A DNA stretch of 64,000 bases from Octopus vulgaris (taxonomy: Eukaryota): the NCBI GenBank assembly GCA_951406725.2, contig OX597819.1:96844001-96908000 (forward strand), written 5' to 3'. The notes beneath the pieces were generated by a model. The model was not told the DNA's origin. It saw nothing but the letters and a program-made list of their open reading frames with translations, and ran no database searches. Position numbers and translations under genes: made by a program. Of this stretch, positions 55,442-64,000 are shown one piece after another (position 1 is the first letter of the stretch; every line of letters begins with the position of its first letter).

Positions 55442-56116
55442 GGGATATGTGGGAGAAGGAAGTAACATGAGCAGATTTGTTTTGTCATAGCAGCTTCACA
55501 TAATCCTTAATTGTTGCTTAATACTGGTTTCAACTTATTAATTAGGACAGCTTCTTTGATTCGAAGATTCTGTATATATTTGACTATGGTGTGATAGGTT
55601 TATGTAAGTATATCTTGTACCTAATAGCGGAGATAACGCATATTTTCAGTATTACGTGCGAGAAGCCATTGATTCCCGAGGTATTGCTATTGTACCCTGT
55701 CTATTCTTGACCTCCCGAGATCTACTGCATTTCTTTTGCCAGCGTTCTGTGTTGTACTTTTTAGGTAGCGATTGATATTTTCTTTACGAGAAGATAGATT
55801 ATTCCAGAAAGTGCTGCGATTTTCAGTGCTTCTACTCTCAACTATCGTGTGGAAGTGTATGGTGAAATTAATCGCAGCACAAAAGTAGATATATTTTGTA
55901 TGAGAACCCAATAGTAAATTCATGTTGACTCAACCATATACGAAACTCTTTTTTAAAAAATAGAATAGGGGTATTCAAGTTATAAATTTCATCACAAAAT
56001 CTGTCCTCAAAGTAGAGAATTCTGTTGCTAGAAGGAATTACGATAGTAAAATATTACAATTCGTACTTGTGGAACTACTTTGGGATTGATAAATATGATA
56101 GGAGAGGGTTAACTTT

Positions 56117-56137
56117 TATCATCATCATCGTCATCTA

Positions 56138-56175
<38 letters not shown>

Positions 56176-56401
56176 ACATCATCATCAACATCATCATCAT
56201 TATCATCATCAACATCATAAGCAGGAACAGCAGCAAGAGGATCTTTTTCGTCCATCATCTTCATCTTCATCTTCATCAGCGGCAGCAGCAACAGCCGAAA
56301 CTGCAGCAACAGGAATAGTAACATCCTCTTCATCACCATTGTCATGATCAGCAGTAATAGTAGCAGAAGTAGCAGCAGCAGCAGCAGCAGCAGCAGTAGA
56401 A

Positions 56402-56432
<31 letters not shown>

Positions 56433-56725
56433 AAGAAGAAGAAGAAGAAGAAGGAGGAGGAGGAGGGGGAGAAGAAGAAGAAGAAGAAGAAGAAGAAGAA
56501 GAAGAAGAAGGAGCGGGCGGAGAAGAAGAAGAAGAAGAAGAAGAAGAAGAAGAAGAAGAAGAAGAAGAAGAAGAAGAAGAAGAAGAAGAAGAAGAAGAAG
56601 AAGAAGAAGAAGCCGCTGCAGCAACATCATCCTCTTCATCGTCACCGTCACCAGCAGCAGCAGCAGCAGCATCAACACCACTACCAACAATCTCCTGTTC
56701 TTCATTGTTACCATCATTATCGTTA
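56117..56725. repeat. Compound trinucleotide array (ATC)n/(AGC)n/(AAG)n
   Basis: Directly visible. Confidence 0.95.
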
Positions 56726-57438
56726 TAAAGATCAATTAGCGGAAAAGATTTCAATCTGAAAAACAACCAGCGGCTATTGCAAATTCTACGACTGTTCTAC
56801 ACTCAAACACTGAAAGCACTAAAAGAAAAATGGCATTGTTTACTTTGGCGTCATTAGAAATTGGATCAATCTCGGTTCATTGGAACTGTCGCCTTAAACT
56901 ATTCAATAATTTAACTGGAAGAATGGTAGTTTGCAGTCAAAGTTAATTGAAATCCAAAACACACAAACAGGAGATGCTAAAACAATCATAAACTACTTCA
57001 AAAACATTCTTGAAATCCATGGAGAAATAGGAAATTGCGTTCAAGAGTATTAACTGTTCTACGTAATGGAAGAATGTGTTTAAAAAGAAAACAGTTATTC
57101 GTATATTTTCAGTTGTGATTGGAAAGCAATAGAGTCGTTGGTTACAAGCTTAATGTATTTGTGGTGTTGGGAGTGACAGTGGCGTGTGGAGTGTCACAGG
57201 ATGTCAAGTTTCTCAACGATGATTATGTCTTTCGCCAATCTATATTGTCAAAAGTTACACAAAAACACATGCACACAATTTTAATATATGTTTATATATA
57301 TATATTACGTAGATGTACTCGCATAGCAAGTAATTTGATCTGAGATCGTGTGCTGAAACGAAAACAATTGCAGCGTGTTTATAAGCCATTTAAGAAACAC
57401 ACAAAAGCCGTTCGATTCACTTCAACATTTAAGTTTAA

Positions 57439-57488
57439 TTTGTCAAAATATTTTCGTCGCTAAAATCCGCGACCTGTTCACTGACAAA
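57439..57488 (-). ncRNA. Candidate minimal type-I hammerhead ribozyme with G3-C8 core variant
   Basis: UUUGUCA-GUGAACA-G-GUCGC(GGAUUUUA)GCGAC-GAAA-AUAU-U-U-UGACAAA: 7-bp stem I, 5-bp stem II, palindromic stem III AAUAUU. Confidence 0.55.
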
Positions 57489-57517
57489 AAACTACTTACC
57501 ACACAGCCACTCCTGCA

Positions 57518-57559
<42 letters not shown>

Positions 57560-57573
57560 CATACATACATACA

Positions 57574-57620
<47 letters not shown>

Positions 57621-57621
<1 letters not shown>

Positions 57622-57752
57622 GGTGCAGGAGTGGGTGTGTGGTAGGTAGTTTGCTTACTAACAACATGGTTCCGGGTTCAGTCCCACTGAACCGACCAAA
57701 GCTTTGTGAGTGGATTTGATAGACAGAAACTGAAAGAAGCCCATCGTATATA

Positions 57753-57787
<35 letters not shown>

Positions 57788-57970
57788 TTGTGTCTGTGTT
57801 TGTCCCCCCAACATCGCTTGACAACCGATGCTGGTGTGCTTACGTCCCCGTAACTTAGCGATTCGGAAAAAAGATAGATTAAGTACTAGGCTTACAAATA
57901 TTTGTTCGTCTAAAGGCAGTGCTCCAGCATGGCCGCAGTCAAATGACTGAAACAAGTAAAAGAGTAAAAG
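57621..57970 (+). mobile_element. CORE-type SINE with internal deletions; an inverted copy of its head lies at 57489-57520
   Basis: Colinear with 54945-55441 but lacking the CORE block. Confidence 0.88.
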
Positions 57971-58049
57971 ATATATATATATATATATAAATATATATAC
58001 ACACACAAATGTAATCCCCTCCCAAATAAATTGCATTTCGTATTTCGAG

Positions 58050-58130
58050 GCTCCGATGAAACTATAAGGTATTATTCAGGCTTACTCAACTATGAGTCCA
58101 CTCCATCTTATAGCAGAAACAGCTGTAAGC
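58050..58130 (+). ncRNA. Degenerate hammerhead-like fold with extended stem II
   Basis: GCU-CCGAUGA-AA-CUAUAAG...CUUAUAG-CA-GAAA-CAGCUG-U-A-AGC. Confidence 0.35.
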
Positions 58131-58496
58131 TAATGAAAAGATAATCCTTTATTCCTTTGTTATCTATTTTTCTTATTATCGCTCTATACTCATCTAACAC
58201 TTCGCTCGGAAACATACGTATGTTGAGTTCTACACCAGGTTATCAGTCTTATAATACCTAGGTAAAATATTAAAACATGTATATTTATACATATATATTG
58301 AAGGCAAACATCTAACCACTACACATGTACATTAAAATGATTATCTCCTTTTAAATGTGAAACCGGTATGTAATTATGTGTTTTGAAATAATATGATTTA
58401 TTTACAGTACAAAAGTAATTGCGACTGTCTTTTCATTTTTTCATTTTTTATTTATTTTCTGTTCAATGACATACGAAATATCTTTAATTTGATATA

Positions 58497-58571
<75 letters not shown>

Positions 58572-59187
58572 AACACCCGATCATATTGTTACCAGTATTT
58601 TTGTTTAGTATTTTGTAATTAAAATTTATGGGAAAATTGAAGCAAATATATTCAGCAGAGTATTTAACTTTGATTATATTCGAACCTTCACTCACTGATT
58701 GCATATTGACACAATTGACAGCAAAGAGGAAAACCTTTTTCGCAAATGTTCTCAAATTTAAGCACAAGACCAAGAATTTCATGGGAGGAGAACACTAATT
58801 TACATTGAACCTAGTTCTCAACTGATATTTAATTTTATCGGTCCCGAAAGAATAACTCGGATTCGCTTTTAATCCTTTTGCGGTTGACAAAATAAAGTAC
58901 TGGGGTTGATGCAATTGGTCAAAACCCACCTCCTAAAACTGCAGGTGCTGTGCCAACATTTGAAACCATTTAAAAAGAAATCAACAATTTTAAGGGGAAG
59001 TACATTAGTCGATATCTGTGACCTTAGGAGTTGACTAATATTTTTTTTATTTTATTGAATCCCGGAAGAATGGATTGTTGGATTTGGTGGAATTTGAACT
59101 CAGAACGTAAAATTACGAAGCAACAGCCCCCGGGCGACCAAAGCCTTGTGAGTAGATTTCGTAGACGAAAACTGAAAGAAGCTCCTC

Positions 59188-59329
<142 letters not shown>

Positions 59330-59549
59330 ATGTATGTATGTATGTATGTATGCATGTGTATATATATATTGAATTGATAGCTAAAGAGCTAGAAACATGT
59401 CTGGGAATCCGACAAGAGGTAGCACTGGACATATATCGTGTTTTTACACTCTTTTACCACACGAAAGAGTTTTCACCGCGGTAACTGCAGCGAATTTGCT
59501 TTTAGAAGTTGAAATGTGTCACAAACATATTTTAACTAACCTGAAGTTC

Positions 59550-59605
<56 letters not shown>

Positions 59606-59965
59606 GTATGTATGTTTATATATATCAATATATATATGTACGTATATATGTATATATGTATGTGTATATATATATATATGTATGATGTGTGTGTACATAT
59701 ATATATATATGATTAAGATCAGTTAAATTAGGTACTTAAATTGAGGCACCTTGTTAGGTCGATCTAATTTGCACACCCAAACAAAATCAGGTGAATCAAA
59801 CTCTGTGCAAACGTGTTTGCACTTGATATTCTTGCAGTGTATGCAGATAACACGACCCAACTTAGTGAAGGGATCCTCTCTTGGTTGTTCAGACATGTAC
59901 TTTATATAAAAAAATACATTCTATGATATTTCCGAAGTGCAGATTCCAGGGTAGGTGAATAAAAT

Positions 59966-60198
59966 ATGAGTAACAAAGATGTACAGGTGTCAATTCATTA
60001 CGGCCGTTTCAAGTGACTCCTTTAATTGATTAATGAAAACGTTACATCATTGCAAAGAAACAACTGTTTTTGTCAACTGTCTGCGGTCATCTGACGAAAA
60101 CAGTTCCTTTGCAATGATGTAATGTTTTCATTAATCAATTAAAGGAGTCACTTGAAACGGCCGTAATGAATTGACACCTGTACATCTTTGTTACTCAT
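59966..60198. mobile_element. 233-bp near-perfect palindrome (MITE-like)
   Basis: ~90-bp arms with one mismatch, plus an inner AACTGTTTTTGTCA/TGACGAAAACAGTT stem. Confidence 0.9.
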
Positions 60199-60199
60199 T

Positions 60200-60440
60200 T
60201 GTGTATGTGTGTGTCTTTGTGTCTGTGCTTGTCCCTCCCCTCCACTGCTTGACAACCGGCGTTGGTGTGTTTACGTCCTCGTAAACTAGTAGTTCGGCAA
60301 AAAAGGCCGATAGAATAAGTACCAGGCTTTAAAGAAATAAGGTATTGGAGTCGATTCATTATTCGACTGTTAATTTTCCTTCAAGGCAGTTCCCCAGTAT
60401 GGTCGCAGTCTCATGACTGAAGCAGATAAAATATAAAAGG
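60200..60440 (+). mobile_element. CORE-type SINE 3' half, older subfamily
   Basis: GCTTGACAACCGGCGTTGGTGTGTTTACGTCC...GATAGAATAAGTACCAGGC...CCCCAGTATGGTCGCAGTC. Confidence 0.85.
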
Positions 60441-60787
60441 TAGAAGCTATAAGCTACGATATCGACAATAACAACAATAAAAACAACAACAACAATAGCA
60501 GCAGCAACATCAACACCAACAATAGTCACTTTACTTTATAAAATTCTCTTTTGTTTTAGAATTGCAGACATTTTTGCGATTGATCTACAATACACAGCAA
60601 CACCAACACTGCTATTAACACCACCAACACCCCTCACACCACTACCAATACCTCTATCTCCACCTGGCTCCTCTCTTCTTCTTCCTCTCCTCTTTAACCT
60701 CTGCCTATTACTCACTATCCATCTCCTCCCTTCCTTATTCAATCCTAGTTTTACCTAATTAAAGCGATATATTTTGGGGTTTATCCG

Positions 60788-60828
<41 letters not shown>

Positions 60829-61152
60829 ACACAATTTCCCGTTTCTCTCCTTACCACCCCCAACACATTTCCACGTGCGTCACCTCATCCAATTCTTCTG
60901 TCAACCTTTTCACCACCACCACCACCAACAACACTTTCACTACCAGCTTCTCCATAGCCACCACTCATCAAATGGAATGAAGCAATCAACTTTGGTAAAA
61001 CAGAACGTCAAGTTGACAGAATTACCGAAGAATTATCTCTCCAGTTCTTCAGATTTATGGTGGAATCTATTTATTTCAATTAATATTGTTTTCGCAGTCA
61101 AACAAAGGTCATTCAGTAAGGCAAGAATTGCGAAGAGTATCCCCACATTTCA

Positions 61153-61232
<80 letters not shown>

Positions 61233-61339
61233 CTATCTATATATATATATATATATATATATTTCCTCTTTCCTGAGCGTCCAATAATATTATACTTGTT
61301 CCACGTCCTCGCGTTTTTTGTGTTTTCATGTTTGGATTA

Positions 61340-61389
<50 letters not shown>

Positions 61390-61693
61390 CATCACTATCT
61401 CTCGCTCTTTCCCTCTCTCTCCCTCTCTCCATCTATCTACCTATCTATCAGTTTATTTATCTTTCTATCTATCTATTTCTATCGCTCACTCACTCTCCCC
61501 TCTTTCTTTGTACTTCATTCTTTCTCTTCCAATTATAACTCGTTATTTGCCTATCTTCATAGCTACGTCTATCATATGTATATCGCTGTGTGTGTGTGTG
61601 TGTGTATGTGCAGTTTCTTAACAGTGTTAGTATGTATATGCGTGCAAATTACCAATCGCATCTGTTTGTGTGATGTGTGTATATATATATGTG

Positions 61694-61754
<61 letters not shown>

Positions 61755-61760
<6 letters not shown>

Positions 61761-61965
61761 CCGCGTGTGTACCGTTGGCGATGTTTTTCCTCCGTCTTCC
61801 CTTCTTTAGATCTTTCCTTTTCCTCAGTTTCTGACGAAGAGCTCCGCTCGAAACGTTAAATCCTCCTTCTTTCCTTCTTTCCTGAGCGTCCAATAATACT
61901 ATACTTGTTCCACGTCCTCACGTTGTTGTGTTTTCTCTTTGTGTTTTCATGTTTGGATTAACTAT
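61755..61965 (+). mobile_element. Short microsatellite-flanked repeat containing a hammerhead-like motif (Penelope-like terminal repeat or retrozyme candidate); partial direct copy at 61269-61345
   Basis: GUUU-CUGACGA-A-GAGC(UCC)GCUC-GAAA-CG-U-U-AAAU at 61827-61861; TTTCCTGAGCGTCCAATAATA.TATACTTGTTCCACGTCCTC...CATGTTTGGATTAACT occurs twice, ~610 bp apart. Confidence 0.6.
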
Positions 61966-62517
61966 ATATATACATACATACATCCTTTATACACACACAC
62001 ACATATATATATATATACATACATTCTTTATACATATATATATACATACATATATATATGTGTGTGTATATGTGTGTATATGTATGTATGTATGTATGCA
62101 TGTATGTATGTCATTATTCAGTTTTATTTCAAGATTTCTTACCAAATGGGACAGTTTCTAACCTAGATCCAAGGCTCCTTCACCGGAATTTCAACAACAC
62201 CAGCAGGGTATTTATGTATGTATTTTAGAAAAATATGAATTATCCTTGTGGCACTGTAATTGTCTTTTTTATAATTTGTTCCAGGACTATCCAGGGAGCT
62301 ACCATTATCACCGGTATAAAATTTATAGCCCCGTGATTTGTAAGTAATTTGATAAGTGCTAACGCACGAAATTCTCGGCCCTTGGGTCACTCTGTTACTT
62401 CTTCCATATATGTGTGTATGTATGTGTGTGTGCGTGTTTATATGTGTATAGACAGACAGACAGACAGACAGACAGATAGATAGACAGACAGACAGACAGA
62501 CACACAGACAGACAGAC

Positions 62518-62588
<71 letters not shown>

Positions 62589-63003
62589 GAAAAAGAGAGA
62601 GAGAGAGAGAAAGAGAGAGAAAGAGAGTTATTAATAAAGGATTATCAATCCAGGCAAAATACTTCTTAATCTCGCTGTTAGTTCAGAAACGCCAAGCAAA
62701 CAAAAAGTCTTCATAATGATATAGAACTCCAAGTAATCCTAAGGCAAAAACCGAAATTGAAGTCCATCACCAGCCGACTTTGTAAACCTATGGCTGCATT
62801 CTCCAGTTAATATGGTAAGTATTTGCAGTAAATAATTGGGTTTACATATTTATTTGCACCTCGTATACTCACAACTGTTTCTGATATGTATTATTAGGTG
62901 CATAGTTCCCTTTACTCAATCGGTCGTCTGAACAATTGAAAAAATTGAGCGACCTTAAGAAATACTATTATCTTCAGAGTAAAGCTCATTATTTATGTCT
63001 TTC

Positions 63004-63061
<58 letters not shown>

Positions 63062-63179
63062 GTGAAGTATATTTGCCACTTAAATGTAGCTAACCCTTAA
63101 GGGTGGGTGCTAGTATAGCCTGTAGCCCCAGGAAGACACCTCCTCCAACCGGCTATTGACATATATATATATATATATT

Positions 63180-63420
63180 ATTATGGCTGCCGCCTCGTTA
63201 TCGAGTATGGCCATTGCACGAAGCTTAACTGTTACTGGTGCTGTGATCGAATGTGACTTTTTAGCTCAGCCAAAGATCTACAATGTCTTGTACAAAATTG
63301 GCAACTAAAACCTTTACCGGTAATAGCCGGCTTTAGTTGTAACTGGGCTTCATGTACATTTGCATGTCGTTTAAGTCCTCCTGCCGAATTACTCTCTCTT
63401 CCACATGCCCGACAGATATA
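63180..63420 (-). mobile_element. 5'-truncated RTE-like LINE 3' end with two C2H2-like motifs
   Basis: YICRACGRESNSAGGLKRHANVH...FSCQFCTRHCRSLAELKSHIRSQH*, then a ~50-nt UTR with stem-loop CTCG-ATAA-CGAG and (TAA)/(TA) tail. Confidence 0.65.
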
Positions 63421-63889
63421 CATACATACATACATACATACATACATACATACATACATACATACATACATGCATACATACATAAATTAGCATATATATA
63501 CATGTGTGTGCGTATCTGCGCATGTGTATATAAAAGAATTTTCATAACTTTAAATCAAAAGAAATCAATAAGGGATCGGTTGAGCAATGTTCATAATGAT
63601 TGTGATATAAGCTGGTATATTCCTGGCATAGTTATGAGGTAAGTCCGTATTACTGATACCAGATAGTAGTTTAAAGCTGGTCATCATAGATCAAATGTGT
63701 GTGTGTGTGTGCGTGTGCGTGTGTGTATAACACGCACATATATCTATATTAAGAATGGGTTATAAAATGCTTATGCGAGCGTGATCAGGTTGTCACCAAG
63801 TAGTGCTCAGAGAAGTCCGAATCTTAGACACCAGCCTCTTCATCAGCGTTAGACATCGTAGAGTTAGAAATTTGGCTATAAGAGCGCTC

Positions 63890-63941
<52 letters not shown>

Positions 63942-64000
63942 GTGTGTTGTATACGTATATATATACATACATACACACATACACATTAATATTCATGAGC

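Noticed and set aside
56025-56766. Poly-Arg, poly-Leu and poly-Ser ORFs
   Set aside because: (AAG)n/(AGC)n/(ATC)n arrays that are open in several frames; no evidence of a gene.
63785-63852. Minus-strand CUGAUGAAGAGG...UUCUCU stem, hammerhead-like
   Set aside because: GAAA is replaced by GAGC and there is no clear NUH or stem I.

Overview
Repeat-dense, AT-rich eukaryotic DNA with no host-gene exon that I can support. The SINE and microsatellite content looks like an octopus (coleoid cephalopod) genome; this is inferred from pattern recognition only. The one long coding element is a young, probably 5'-truncated CR1/L2-group LINE (46228-49971) lying inside a (TA)n microsatellite. It has an ORF1 remnant with a CCCH zinc finger and an APE+RT ORF2 broken by a single 1-nt frameshift. 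Its 3' UTR matches the tail of an abundant CORE-type SINE in the window, suggesting a LINE-SINE pair. The rest is modular tRNA-headed SINEs (several with clear target-site duplications), L2/CR1, L1/Tx1 and RTE relics, a mariner transposase fragment, non-autonomous Helitrons, hairpin MITE-like palindromes, two minisatellite arrays (one bracketed by ~250-bp inverted repeats) and many microsatellites. The most unusual signal is three minimal type-I hammerhead-ribozyme-like folds at 57.4-61.9 kb, one carrying a compensatory G3-C8 swap of the catalytic core. Most repeat boundaries are approximate and were read by eye.
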